NCBI GenBank assembly: GCA_963719945.1
Contig: CAVRDX010000003.1
Span: 1 to 64,000 of the forward strand
Direction of reading: 5' to 3'
Length of the DNA: 64,000 nucleotides
From: an uncultured Thermoplasmata archaeon
GTDB taxonomy: Archaea; Thermoplasmatota; Thermoplasmata; UBA10834
Below the pieces are notes generated by a model, which ran no database searches, was not told the origin of the DNA, and saw only the letters and a list, made by a program, of their open reading frames with translations. This document shows, in pieces, positions 48,422-59,500 of the stretch. Position numbers and translations under genes: made by a program. The stretch's first letter is position 1. Every line of letters starts with the position of its first letter.

Positions 48422-49828
48422 TCACGCCTCGTTGAATCTGAATTTGCCATCGGGGACAAGAATCTCGAATCTCGCGTTAACGCCAAACTTGCCGTTCTCG
48501 GAAATGGTGATGCCAGTGATTCCAAGAATCTCCCTGATTAAGAACAATCCCATCCCTGTATTACGTCCATGGCCAGCTTCGAATATCTTCGTTTTCTCAT
48601 CGTCGGGGACTCCCTGACCATCATCTTCAATTATCAATACCAAGCCGTCCCCCCGCATCTCGGTCCCGAACCTGGTCTCGGTCACGCGGCCCCCATGCCT
48701 TTTGGCATTGTCAATCAGATTCCAGATCACCTTCTCGAACATAGGATCTGCGAACAGTTCGAGGGTTCGTACCTGATGGGGGATGATCACATTGGTGAAA
48801 TCAAAAGCGGTGGTCGCAGTCTTGATCGCAGTGAACACATTGGTCCAGCCCGGATTGCTCGTTCCCGCCTTCTGATAGTCTGCGGCGAACCTCAGTTGGA
48901 CATTTATGGCGCTCAATGATTCCTGCGCCTTCTTCATAAAATTCTTCTTCGAGTCTTCGCCAGAATCTCCTTCCAACAATTGGATGTAATTGGAGACGGC
49001 TGTGATTCGGTTGGCAATATCATGCCTCGTTATGGAACCCAAGAGACTGAGCTTTGCGTTGGCCCTCATCAACTCGTTCTCCATCATCTTCCTGTCTGTG
49101 ATGTCTCGGATGATTGTGAGCACGCGGGTCTCACCATCAATCTCTATGAGTCTTGCGTTTATCTCCGAGTATATGGTCCTGCCTTCAGGCGTAATGCCGA
49201 CGCTCTCTGCTATGAGCTTTCCTTCTTTCAGCAGAACAGCCATTCTATCTTTGAACCCTGTCGCCGACTCTGGTGTATTCATATCCAAAGGAGTCTTGTG
49301 GAGCAATTCATCTCGGCTCATCCCATATCTCTCACACATGGTCTTGTTTACTTCGATGAATCTTCCATTCACTTCATGGATGGCGATTCCATCTCCCGCA
49401 CTCTCGAACAGCGCCCTATACTTTGCCTCAGACGATCTGAGTGCCGTTTCGATTCGTTTGTAATCAGTGATGTCCCTTGCCACTGCGAGGATGGCGGGCT
49501 CATCAATGTAAGGGAATCTCGATAGCTTGATGTCTACTGGGAAGCTCGAACCATCCTTCCTGATGTGGGTGACTTCGAATCGTTCCTCTCCCTTTGAGAG
49601 TAATCGGTCGGTCCTTTCTCGAACCTTTGATGATGAACTTGGGTCAGTGATGTCCCTTGGTCCGAGCTCAAGCAATTCATCGCTGGTGTATCCCAGACTG
49701 GCGCAAGCTTCCCTGTTCACGACGAGGAATTTGCCACCTGGCCGATGGATGAATATCGAGTCACCTGCGCTATCGAGCAGGCGTCTATAGATTTCATCCA
49801 TTCGGCCATTAGAATCTGTCTGGACCAT
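48422..49828 (-). CDS. Cytoplasmic PAS-PAS sensor histidine kinase
   Basis: Two PAS/PAC domains, RHDIAN H box, NLIDNA, DDGQG, TGMGL. Start uncertain (up to 49912). Confidence 0.92.
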   Translation of the reverse strand: MVQTDSNGRMDEIYRRLLDSAGDSIFIHRPGGKFLVVNREACASLGYTSDELLELGPRDITDPSSSSKVRERTDRLLSKGEERFEVTHIRKDGSSFPVDIKLSRFPYIDEPAILAVARDITDYKRIETALRSSEAKYRALFESAGDGIAIHEVNGRFIEVNKTMCERYGMSRDELLHKTPLDMNTPESATGFKDRMAVLLKEGKLIAESVGITPEGRTIYSEINARLIEIDGETRVLTIIRDITDRKMMENELMRANAKLSLLGSITRHDIANRITAVSNYIQLLEGDSGEDSKKNFMKKAQESLSAINVQLRFAADYQKAGTSNPGWTNVFTAIKTATTAFDFTNVIIPHQVRTLELFADPMFEKVIWNLIDNAKRHGGRVTETRFGTEMRGDGLVLIIEDDGQGVPDDEKTKIFEAGHGRNTGMGLFLIREILGITGITISENGKFGVNARFEILVPDGKFRFNEA

Positions 49829-50091
49829 CTCACTCAACCGCAATACGGTGCATATTGCCTCGCAGAGTATTATAATATTCGACGACCGATTATTAATGTC
49901 TCGGATCATCACTGTCGACGAATCAACAAATCAATTGCGTTATCCTCTTCTCTGGTTGGTTATTGGATATTCATCATCCGCTCCAAATCTACTTATTCTT
50001 TTGATATCACCTGACTATAAATACTGGTTGATGTTGGAGAATCGCAAGCATAATGTAACAATTCACCTGTTACTGGATGGGGGAGAGGATT

Positions 50092-51120
50092 ATGAATCTC
50101 GGGAAACACGCAATGGCAGGGGCACTTGTGATATTCATGATGCTATCAACCATGATGCTGTCAATACCGGCATCTGGTGGAAAGACCACATACGAGTACT
50201 ATGTTGCTGGAGACTCGGCTGATGTGGTGACACCGACCACTGGAGGCTTATTGCTGGCCGGTGGAAGCAACGACATCGCTGCGGCAATGAAATGGATGAT
50301 TGACAAATCCGGTGGCGGAGATTTCGTCGTGATTCGTTGCGCTGGAACAGATGCTTACAATCCATGGATATACAAGCAGCTCGAAGGAGTTGATTCCTGC
50401 GAGACCATTATCTTCCTGTCTTCTGAGGCGTGCGACGATCCCTTCGTCCTAGAGAAGATACGGAATGCGGAGGCACTCTTTATCGCGGGTGGCGACCAAT
50501 GGGATTATGTCAGCATGTGGAAGGGAACACCGGTCGAGGACGCGATACATTATGTCGCCAGCAAGCCGGCTCCTGTCGGTGGCACAAGCGCGGGGCTCGC
50601 CATACTGGGAGAGTTCGTGTTTACCGCCGAGAACGATACTATCGACTCCGATGATGCACTCAAGAACCCGTACAACCGCCGTGTTGCTATCGACAACAAC
50701 TTCCTCAGCCTGTCCAACATGGATGGAAAGATCACTGATAGTCATTTCGTCGCAAGGGATCGTATGGGCCGGCTCGTGACATTCTTGGCCCGCATTGTCG
50801 AGGATGGATTGGCCACCGAGGCCAAAGGTATCGGCATTGATGAGAAGACGGCGCTAGGCGTAGAATTGAATGGGGATGTGACCCTGTTCGATTTGTGCAC
50901 ATGCGAAGGAGGAGCGGCATACTTCCTGAGCACGCCAGGTCGGCCGGAAGTCTGCGAACCCAAGACCCCGTTGACCTATCTCGACGTCTCCGTGTATCGG
51001 ATAACTGGAACGGCTACGTTCAACCTTGCGACATGGATTGGGGTCGGAGGTACTGCATATACCTTGTCCGCAGAGGATGGTGTACTCACTTCTGATCAGT
51101 TGGGTGGAAACATCTACTGA
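50092..51120 (+). CDS. Secreted cyanophycinase-like serine peptidase (S51)
   Basis: Signal peptide; GGDQ, GGTSAG, DSHF..RDR.GRL, GIDE. Confidence 0.88.
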   Translation: MNLGKHAMAGALVIFMMLSTMMLSIPASGGKTTYEYYVAGDSADVVTPTTGGLLLAGGSNDIAAAMKWMIDKSGGGDFVVIRCAGTDAYNPWIYKQLEGVDSCETIIFLSSEACDDPFVLEKIRNAEALFIAGGDQWDYVSMWKGTPVEDAIHYVASKPAPVGGTSAGLAILGEFVFTAENDTIDSDDALKNPYNRRVAIDNNFLSLSNMDGKITDSHFVARDRMGRLVTFLARIVEDGLATEAKGIGIDEKTALGVELNGDVTLFDLCTCEGGAAYFLSTPGRPEVCEPKTPLTYLDVSVYRITGTATFNLATWIGVGGTAYTLSAEDGVLTSDQLGGNIY

Positions 51121-51270
51121 ACGATGTTGTCGGTCAGAATGCCATACGCCCTCTCTCATCCATAATGAGAGCTGTAGACGATTCCAGTGATTGTCCACAG
51201 AGGGTGTCCGTGACGCGTTCAGATTCTCCGCCCCTTGGGCATGCTATGACTGACGATGTCGTATGACAAA

Positions 51271-52782
51271 TCATCCCCAGAGTGCAGAGTGCTTTTTCTC
51301 CAGATACTTCACGAACGGTTCCGATGTGAGAGAGCTCCCTGTGACCTTCTCCACTAGCGTCGCTGGATCGTACAGTGCGCCATATCGCTGGACGTTGTCC
51401 CTGAGCCACTCGATGACCATGCGGGGTCTGCCCGCTTCGACCTCGTGAGACCATTCAGGCATGACCTTCTCGAGCTTCTTCAAATACATCCCGTCGTACA
51501 CGTTCCCCATGACATAACTCTGCCAGTAGCCAAACGCCCCCGCACTCCAGTGGATGTCCTGCATTACTCCCTCGGCATCGTCCATGATCTCAACATGCAG
51601 GTACCTGTCGTACAGGTCGTTCCACATCTGGGGCAACTCCTTGACTGTCGCGTTGCCAGAGAAAAGCTCCCTTTCGATTTCGAATCTGATTGCAATGTGC
51701 AGGGAGTAAGTGACTTCGTCCGCCTTGACCCGTATCTTCGACCGTTCGACCTTATTGAGCGCCCTGACCAGATCATGGAGAGGGACGTCAGAGAACGCAG
51801 TTCCGGTCAATCTCTTCAGCCTCGGTAGATAGAATCTCCAGAATGCCTCGGATAGCCCGATCATGTTCTCCGGAAACCGCGACATGGATTCGTGCACTCC
51901 CATGCTTGCGCCGCTCGCAATTGGCTGGTACATCCAATCATGGTTGATATTCTGCCCGTATAGAGCGTGCCCGGCTTCGTGCAGACCTCCCATCATGGAA
52001 TCCATGATGCCAAGATCGCTGAACCGGAGCGCTATCCTCACATCGTCCAAGTAACCGGTCGTGAACGGGTGCATCGTGTCATCGATTCGTCCACGTGCCT
52101 CATCCGAGGTCGTGTCATAGCCCAGGAGGCTTATAGCATCCCTTACGACTTCACGTTGGACTGGCAATGGCACGGGCCGTTTGATGCATGAAACATCTAC
52201 ACCTTTGGACGCCTCGCTGAATCTGTCCGCGAGTGGGACGAGGGCCGTTCTGAGGTCCGTCAAGAGACTCGCAGCCTGCTCATTTTTCATCCCCAGCTCA
52301 TAGTCGTCAATCATAGCATCGAAGACGCACGCCGCCCCTCTAGCTTCCATGGTTGCCTCGGCGCGCTTGATGCTTAGCTCGACCAGCTTTTCCAGTTCGG
52401 GCTCGAATATACTCCACTTCTTTGCTTCCTTAGCCTTGGCCCAGGCACTTCTTGATACTGCTTGTTGGGTCGCCAGGGCAGCCACGAGTGTCTCGGGCAT
52501 GCTCACGGCTATCTCGCGCTCCCTACGGATGAGGTACAGGTTCCTGGAGGTAATCTCGCCGGTTGAGTCATTGTTCTTCTCCGACTCCTTGATGAGATTT
52601 GCGAGTTCGTCGCTCGTCAGCATCCTGTGTCTTAGGCGTTCCAGAATGCCAAGCTGATCACTCCTGAGCGTTATCCCTTTCGGGGGCATGTATGTCTCAA
52701 GATCCCAGTTCATCATCTGGATGGTCGTGTCGATGAGCGTAATCTCCCGGTACTTCTCAATCAACTTGTCGTAAGCCTTCAT
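51271..52782 (-). CDS. Carboxypeptidase M32 (Taq-like)
   Basis: HPF, LHEAGH, HESMS, IRVKADE, GVMQDIHW; start MKAYDK. Confidence 0.95.
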   Translation of the reverse strand: MKAYDKLIEKYREITLIDTTIQMMNWDLETYMPPKGITLRSDQLGILERLRHRMLTSDELANLIKESEKNNDSTGEITSRNLYLIRREREIAVSMPETLVAALATQQAVSRSAWAKAKEAKKWSIFEPELEKLVELSIKRAEATMEARGAACVFDAMIDDYELGMKNEQAASLLTDLRTALVPLADRFSEASKGVDVSCIKRPVPLPVQREVVRDAISLLGYDTTSDEARGRIDDTMHPFTTGYLDDVRIALRFSDLGIMDSMMGGLHEAGHALYGQNINHDWMYQPIASGASMGVHESMSRFPENMIGLSEAFWRFYLPRLKRLTGTAFSDVPLHDLVRALNKVERSKIRVKADEVTYSLHIAIRFEIERELFSGNATVKELPQMWNDLYDRYLHVEIMDDAEGVMQDIHWSAGAFGYWQSYVMGNVYDGMYLKKLEKVMPEWSHEVEAGRPRMVIEWLRDNVQRYGALYDPATLVEKVTGSSLTSEPFVKYLEKKHSALWG

Positions 52783-52977
52783 GTCAGTTGCCCTCCACAT
52801 GCGGTGGCGAGGTGATTGGGATTGCAGATGATTATGTTTATCTATGGTGTGATTTCCTCGTCCGCTATTGCGTGAATGCCTAGCCATTTCAATGAGCCAA
52901 TCTTAACATTGATGAGCCTGCGATCTGAGGCGAAATTTACATGAACCTCTAGCACATTGTGTGGACTGGTCGTGTGA

Positions 52978-53061
52978 CCAGGAGGTTCCCGGTGATGATG
53001 ATGTCCGAATTGGTTCTAGCCACTGCGCCGGGAGCCGTATGATTCCCAGCGAATCTCCTGG
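52978..53061 (+). ncRNA. Candidate structured leader with an embedded uORF upstream of the RIO kinase
   Basis: 11-bp stem CCAGGAGGTTC/GAATCTCCTGG enclosing three small hairpins. Confidence 0.4.
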
Positions 53062-53116
53062 CGTTTGGTGATTGTTCAGCTTGCACTGCGAATGCCATCG
53101 ATAGATTCAACATGAA

Positions 53117-53860
53117 ATGCCAAACGATCCTTACTTGGACGCCAGCGTCGTCTGGCGGATCAAATCCGGAACCCTAGACCTCCACGAGGCAGGGTATCGC
53201 ACGACCAAAGAGACCATCCTATCTTCTGGGCTGGCAATGGATGTCATCGGACTCATCAGTACTGGGAAGGAGGCGGATGTGTATCTTGCTCTGTATCGTG
53301 ACGTTCCGATCGCTGTGAAAGCCTATCGTCTGTACCGTTCTTCGCATCGTGGAGGTCGACCTGTGAAACTGGATTCAACAGGACGCCTAGCAGCCCACGA
53401 ATTCGAGATGACTCGGCAGGCATGGAAAGGCGGGTGCCGCGTCCCCGCAGTCGCCAGGAGGGTGGAGAACCTGTTCTCGATGAGGTATCTCGGGGACGAG
53501 AACGGCCCCGCGCCTAGACTACACGACACCGAACCGGATGATCCAGAAGCGTTCCTTGAGGAGGTGCTGCGCGGAGTCGAGGCCCTTGCGGGAGCGGGTG
53601 TTGTGCATGCTGATCTGAGTGATTACAACATACTGGTCTACAAGGGACAACCATGGTTCATCGATTTCTCGGAGGCGATTCGAGTCGATCGAACCGGCTC
53701 AGTGCCATGGATGCGACTAGAGGCGGCAAGAGTGGCATTGGATCGAGGCATGGGTGCGTTGCGCGTCTACTTCGGCAAGTTCGGAGTCGAAGTCGAGTCT
53801 GAACCTTTTATATCTCGCGTGCTGAAATCATTGGACCGATTCGGTGTCCTTGATGATTGA
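53117..53860 (+). CDS. RIO1-family Ser/Thr kinase/ATPase
   Basis: ISTGKEADVY, AVK, HADLSDYNIL, IDF. Confidence 0.9.
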   Translation: MPNDPYLDASVVWRIKSGTLDLHEAGYRTTKETILSSGLAMDVIGLISTGKEADVYLALYRDVPIAVKAYRLYRSSHRGGRPVKLDSTGRLAAHEFEMTRQAWKGGCRVPAVARRVENLFSMRYLGDENGPAPRLHDTEPDDPEAFLEEVLRGVEALAGAGVVHADLSDYNILVYKGQPWFIDFSEAIRVDRTGSVPWMRLEAARVALDRGMGALRVYFGKFGVEVESEPFISRVLKSLDRFGVLDD

Positions 53861-53919
53861 CCTCTGAACGTGATACATGAGGTCATGCTGCGTTCAGCTG
53901 GCTTCATTAAATATGATTC

Positions 53920-54420
53920 TCAACGAAGAGTTCGGTCGAATTCATTCACGGCAATGGTTCTGCAGATTTCATCTTCTGCGAACCGTACATGCTCCTCGCG
54001 ATGAGACGCCACGCCTCCCTTGACCAAGTATGGCTGGAGGTCATGATCCATCGCTCCGAAGTATGTTGCCAGTATGCAGCCGCTTGCGCTCAATCCTTCG
54101 ATGATAACCGTATCGCAACCTTCTCTCTTCAGTATGGAAGCCAATTCGGTCTTACCGAACGAGTTGGGGTAGGGTTTCGTGACTTTGATGTCAGACTCCT
54201 CAATCTTGACGGTATGGTGGACTTCGAAAGGCTTCGTCCCGGGCAACGATCCATACTCCTTTTCTTCGTGGTAGACTACTATGATCGGGAGCCTGTTGCG
54301 TCTGAACCATCCAATCGCTTCATTGATAACATCGATGCGCTTCTCGATCGATTTCTTCAAATCTTCGTTTTCGTCCAACCAGGCGTTTTGGATATCTACG
54401 ACGATGAGTGCTGGTTTCAT
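53920..54420 (-). CDS. Isochorismatase-family cysteine hydrolase
   Basis: ALIVVDIQN, K..PNSF..T.L, GCILAT. Confidence 0.9.
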   Translation of the reverse strand: MKPALIVVDIQNAWLDENEDLKKSIEKRIDVINEAIGWFRRNRLPIIVVYHEEKEYGSLPGTKPFEVHHTVKIEESDIKVTKPYPNSFGKTELASILKREGCDTVIIEGLSASGCILATYFGAMDHDLQPYLVKGGVASHREEHVRFAEDEICRTIAVNEFDRTLR

Positions 54421-54506
54421 GTCCTATTCCATCAGCCTTATGCACTCAGTATTATTACATCTTTCAGTGGAGCAAACAGAAATCCGATTGTCAAAGATGG
54501 ATCAAG

Positions 54507-54578
54507 TGGACCGGGCGAGATTTGAACTCGCGACCTCTCGCATGCCAAGCGAGCGATCTTCCGCTGATCTACCGGCCC
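54507..54578 (-). tRNA. tRNA-Ala(GGC)
   Basis: GGGCCGG/CCGGTCC-A with G3:U70; CTCGC TT-GGC-AT GCGAG; TTCAAAT loop. Confidence 0.97.
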
Positions 54579-54636
54579 ATTTGAGTGGCGATGTATATGG
54601 TAGGTGTAGTTAAATGTTGCCGAGAGCCACATCGGA

Positions 54637-56058
54637 TTAGGCGAAAGAATCCAGCTTCCTCTGGTACCTGACCTTCTCTCCCGGAACCGGGATGGGATAC
54701 TCCTCTGTGAGGCACCCGAGGCACAGGTCATTCGCATTGTGTCCTATGGCCTCTACTAGTCCTTCGACGGATAAGTATCCGAGGCTATCTGCCGTCAACA
54801 TCTTGCCTATTTCTTCTACTGTACGTCCCGTGGCCGCGAACTGGTCCCTGGCCTTCATATCGATGCCGAAATAACACGGAGCGATGATCGGCGGAGACCC
54901 TACCCTCACATGGACTTCCTTCGCACCTGCATTCCTTACGAGTTGTACTATCTTTCTCATAGTCGTGCCCCTGACTATGGAATCGTCAACCAACACCACT
55001 CGCTTGTCCTTGAGGACACTCTTTATGGGGTTCAGTTTGAGCATGACGCCAGTCGTTCGTTCAGCCTGATCCGGCATGATGAATGTGCGCTCAACATACC
55101 TATTCTTCATCAGTCCTTCCGAATACCTCATGCCGGAAGCTTCGGCATAGCCCATTGCATGCGACCTTCCCGAGTCCGGGATCGGGACCACTACATCGGC
55201 TTCCACTGGCTGTTCCTTCGCCAGCTGCTCCCCTATCCTGCGCCTGGCCTCATACACGAGCGTTCCATCCATGAAGGAATCCGCCCGGGCGATGTATACC
55301 CACTCGAACATACAATGGGCCTGTCCTTTGGACAACCCTGTCTTAATGGATTTTATCTCGCCTGGCAGCAGTTCGACGATCTCTCCTGGCTCAACGTCCC
55401 TTATCAGCTCTCCTCCAAGGGTATCGAACACCACGCTCTCAGAGGCCGCTGCATAACCAGTCTTCGTCCTGCCGACGCAAAGCGGTCGTATGCCATACGG
55501 GTCCCGCACTGCGAATACACGGTTATCGATCATTATTGCCAGGGAATATGCTCCTTGTATGGTCGACATCAGATTCCTTATCGATTTGATCGGGTCGCCA
55601 GTGTTCGCTATGTCGTTGGCGAGCAGTCTGATGACGATCTCTGAATCCGAAGATGTGATGAACGCCCATCCTTTCTTCTTGAGGTCGTTCATGATCTTGT
55701 CCGCGTTTACTATCTCACCGTTGTGTGCAAGTGCGATATCGCCATAGTTGGTTGAGACTACTATCGGCTGGGCATTCTCGATCGTGGACGAACCTACCGT
55801 CGAATACCTGACATGTCCGATGCCGAGGTCCCCTTTCAGGTTCTGGATGTCATCAGCCTTCAACGCCTGATGTGCCAGACCCATTCCCTTGATCGATTTG
55901 ATGCCGTTGTTGTAGACGGATATGCCCGCGGACTCCTGACCCCTGTGCTGGATTATTCTGAGAGCATAGAAAATATCAATTGAAACACTGGAAACCGACG
56001 CTATAGCGAAAACACCGCACTCCTCACGCGGGTGGTAATCGGGCTCCGTTAACCTCAA
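54637..56058 (-). CDS. purF: Amidophosphoribosyltransferase
   Basis: EECGV, QHRGQESAG, GHVRYST, VDDSIVRGTT, Fe-S cysteines. Confidence 0.97.
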   Translation of the reverse strand: MRLTEPDYHPREECGVFAIASVSSVSIDIFYALRIIQHRGQESAGISVYNNGIKSIKGMGLAHQALKADDIQNLKGDLGIGHVRYSTVGSSTIENAQPIVVSTNYGDIALAHNGEIVNADKIMNDLKKKGWAFITSSDSEIVIRLLANDIANTGDPIKSIRNLMSTIQGAYSLAIMIDNRVFAVRDPYGIRPLCVGRTKTGYAAASESVVFDTLGGELIRDVEPGEIVELLPGEIKSIKTGLSKGQAHCMFEWVYIARADSFMDGTLVYEARRRIGEQLAKEQPVEADVVVPIPDSGRSHAMGYAEASGMRYSEGLMKNRYVERTFIMPDQAERTTGVMLKLNPIKSVLKDKRVVLVDDSIVRGTTMRKIVQLVRNAGAKEVHVRVGSPPIIAPCYFGIDMKARDQFAATGRTVEEIGKMLTADSLGYLSVEGLVEAIGHNANDLCLGCLTEEYPIPVPGEKVRYQRKLDSFA

Positions 56059-56088
56059 CCCCCCAAATCATAGGAATGAGTTTGTCCT

Positions 56089-56256
56089 TCAATGCTGCTT
56101 GGCCCAGTTGTAATGCCTTATCTTTGCCGAAGCTCCGAAGCCACAGGACGCACAGGTCTTGTGCCTGACATGGTACGCTCTTCTTCCGCACCTTCTGCAT
56201 ACTATGTGCGTCTTCTTTGAGCTTCTCTTACCCATCGACGGAGTACCCTTTGTCAT
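56089..56256 (-). CDS. rpl37e: Ribosomal protein eL37
   Basis: [41 protein letters not shown]...WAKQH; conserved lsm-rpl37e pair; missing from the ORF track. Confidence 0.96.
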   Translation of the reverse strand: MTKGTPSMGKRSSKKTHIVCRRCGRRAYHVRHKTCASCGFGASAKIRHYNWAKQH

Positions 56257-56267
56257 CTGATCCTACC

Positions 56268-56483
56268 TCATGGGGATATGTAAATCACATTATCGCCGCG
56301 GACGATAATCGAGTCGACCTTGCGGGTGACCTGACTTTCACGGATTTCCTCTGCGTTCTTCAGCACCAGGTTCATGTGAGGATCGTATCCGTCGAGGATA
56401 CCGCGGTATCCCCTCTTCCCCTTCAGCTCTACGATAACCTGCTGATTAATCGCCTTGTTCAGAACCGCCAGGGGTTTCATCAA
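56268..56483 (-). CDS. lsm: Sm-like archaeal protein (SmAP1)
   Basis: [14 protein letters not shown] and [12 protein letters not shown]. Confidence 0.96.
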   Translation of the reverse strand: MMKPLAVLNKAINQQVIVELKGKRGYRGILDGYDPHMNLVLKNAEEIRESQVTRKVDSIIVRGDNVIYISP

Positions 56484-56571
56484 ATTAAATCACCTGAATC
56501 CCGATAATCTGGTGCCGTACTTAAAGCTTTCCGAGCTGCTAACACGGCAATCCAAGACTCCTGGCACCCCT

Positions 56572-59500
56572 TCAAATCGTTTTGGGCCGCCTCTTCGGAG
56601 GACCTGCCGGACGACGTTTGGCTTGCATGCTCCTACGGTCTTCTTCAGCCTTCCTCTGCTTCATGACCGCTTTGCGTCTGATCAGAAGGAAGATGACGAT
56701 TCCAACCGCTGCCGCAGCTCCTGCGATTGCTATTATGACATATATGTTGAGCCAGGATGGGGCCTTCTCAACGATTATGATGATGTTCTCGCTGACCATC
56801 ACGGTAGGGTCGATCAGGGACCCGATATCGATATAGAGTTCATACGCTCCGAGCGGAGCGTCGCTCTCGATTGGGATCATGAGCATGACCGTGATCGAAT
56901 CTCGTGGGCTCAAGGAGACCTGCGGGAGCTGATCGGATTCGAGATCGTACTCTCGCTCGTCAATCACAGCCACCGAAGTGTTGAATATGTCCAGGTAGAC
57001 ATAGAGGTCGACAACATCCACTATGTTGCCCATGTTCTCTATCGTAAGGTTGACGAATATCGTGTTTCCCTTTCGCGCGTGTATCTCTGCAAAGTCGACG
57101 CTGGCGTACAAGTCATAAAATGGCAGCACATTGACACCCATTTCCTGAATGTCATATGCCTGGGAGTTGGCTTCCGAGACTGCACTGACATTGAATTCAT
57201 AGAACCCCGAAAGTATGTCCGTGCCGGGAATCATGGTCAATCTGAGGCTGCCGTTCTCTCCCGGTCCCAAGAACAGGTACGAAGTGTTCAGGTACATCCA
57301 GAACGAGGATGTCCCTGAGAGATCGACGCTGAATGTATCATTCGAGTTTCCAAGATTCTGCACCTGGAGCACATATACAATCTCCCTGCTCGATGGCACG
57401 GATAGGTTCGTGTATGCCTGCTGAGTCACTCGCAGGTCGACCTCCCTATGATGCCCTTGAAGGCACAAGAGGTTCGCTTCAGCCGTGTTCTCCGATAGAT
57501 TGGTTGATTCGACACTGAATGTGATCATATTGGATGTTCCTGGCGGATCGTATCTCGCAGGGATGACTGTTAGGGATATCTCCGCTCTCTCCTCTGGCAT
57601 AAGCTCCACTGATTCATGGGAGAGTTCGAGGGACCATCCTCTCTCGTCCATAGCTGATATCTCAAAACTGTCGTTCGAGTTCGCGGTATTCCACACCGTG
57701 AACGTGTATGTGACCGGGATTGTAGGCTCCACATTCCCTCCTGTGGGGGATATGATGGACAGAGCCCCGGTCTTGACCACGTCTATCATGAGTGTCAGGT
57801 TTGCATTTACGGAACCCCTCTCAGTGCAGTTGGTTTCTATGTAGAATCGCCTCGGGCCTGGCAGCGTATCCTGCGGGACTGAAACGATTACATGTGCGAT
57901 TGTGCTGGTTGCAGCAGGAATGGTGTACTGGTCTGCAGGACTGCCGCCGAGATTGATTTCCCAACCTTCTTCGAGAGTCGAATTCGATAGAGCGAATGTG
58001 AATGTCGAGGACCCCTCGTTCATGATCGTCAGGTTGAATTCGACATCCTCTCCCGGATTCGCTTGTCTGCTGGTCGCATCCGAAATCACGCTGACCCCAA
58101 GCATCCTGACTGCGATGGAGACTGTCTGGTCGTTATTATCGTCGTCTATCTCCCTGACCTGCTGATACGGATCGACGGCGATCCCGATGCTCGTATCGCC
58201 TTCTTGTGCCACATAGCTGAATGAGACTGTGATCGCAGACCCACTTGACAGCGACGTTATATTCGTTTCCTGTACGATGACCGAATCGACCTTCAGTGCC
58301 ACGACAAGATGTGGGATAGTGTCTCCTTCGAGATTCCTGACGGTCGCATTGAGCCAAATGGTCGAATCGACCAGCGGCTGGGTGGTGGAGACCCGCAGAT
58401 CCGGAGCAAGGATGCATGGGTCTGGCCGGTGAGTCCTCTGGAAGAAGAGTTCCTGATTCGGAGAATCGCCTATGAACAACACGAATGTGTTGTTGTCCCT
58501 CGCACACATGACGACTGGTCTGGTTGCATTGCCGACCAGATCCGCCGTTAGTGACTGGTCATAAACCTCGATGGTCCCTATGTATGACATCGCCGAGTAA
58601 TGAACGGTCCACGATTCTGTCGCGTTGTCCTGCCACACGACATCGACCGCATCAGAATCGCTCAGCGATATCCTCGGGTATCTCGATTGATAGTCATCCT
58701 TTGGGGAGATGTTCCTGTCATCGACCAATGTGTTTCCATCCTGGTCCAACAATGTGTAGAATATGTCGAAACTGGCATATCTGTCATCGTCGAACACAAC
58801 ATGGACATTTCCATCAGTATCGACTGCTATGTCCGGCCTTGATATTGGCGATGCGAAGGTGATTCTTGTTTCGTTCGTGACGGGGGTCCCGTCTTGGAGA
58901 ACCTTCCGATAGAAGACGCCATGGTTGATTACGAGTCCACTGCTCGAATCTCTGAAATCATACCAGACGATGTGGATCATATCATCAGGGCCAATGTCCA
59001 GCTTCGGATGTTCCGACATGCCAACGTCGCCGGTTATCCTCGTATCCGTGGTGAGGGATACGCCTGTTGCTCTCAACCTCTTGTAGTAGATCTCGAGGTT
59101 GCCATCACCGATGTCGTTTCTCGCGTCCGTCCATACCATGGCCACATTTCCGTCTGGGCATACGATTATGTCAGGTTCGGTCGAATTCGCCGGGTTCGAG
59201 TCAGAGACCCTCAACCCATTCTCGAGGAACGTGATATTGCCTGCGTAATACCATAGCTTCGCGAAATACAGTTCAGAAGTGCCGTTGGTCACGCTCTCCC
59301 AGACGATATAGACATGTCCGTCAGCGTCGACCGCGATGACCGGGTGTATTGATCGAGCCGAATCATTGGATATCTTGGCATCATTGGTCAGTTTGTTTCC
59401 TTCAGCATCTAACTTGACATAGTATATGTCCCCGTTGCCCGATCGATAGTCCTCCCATACGACATGGATATCTCCGTCGATATCCACGGCGGATGAGATA

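Noticed and set aside
53019-53035. GCCACTG...GGGA resembling a cobalamin riboswitch
   Set aside because: No B12 box or AGGGAA core, and the context is unrelated to cobalamin.
53072-53119. In-frame TAG (53102-04) upstream of the RIO kinase as possible pyrrolysine readthrough
   Set aside because: TAG is the ordinary stop for hypB, hypC, btuD, trpA and rpl41e. The extension is short and unrecognisable, and no pyl genes are in the window.
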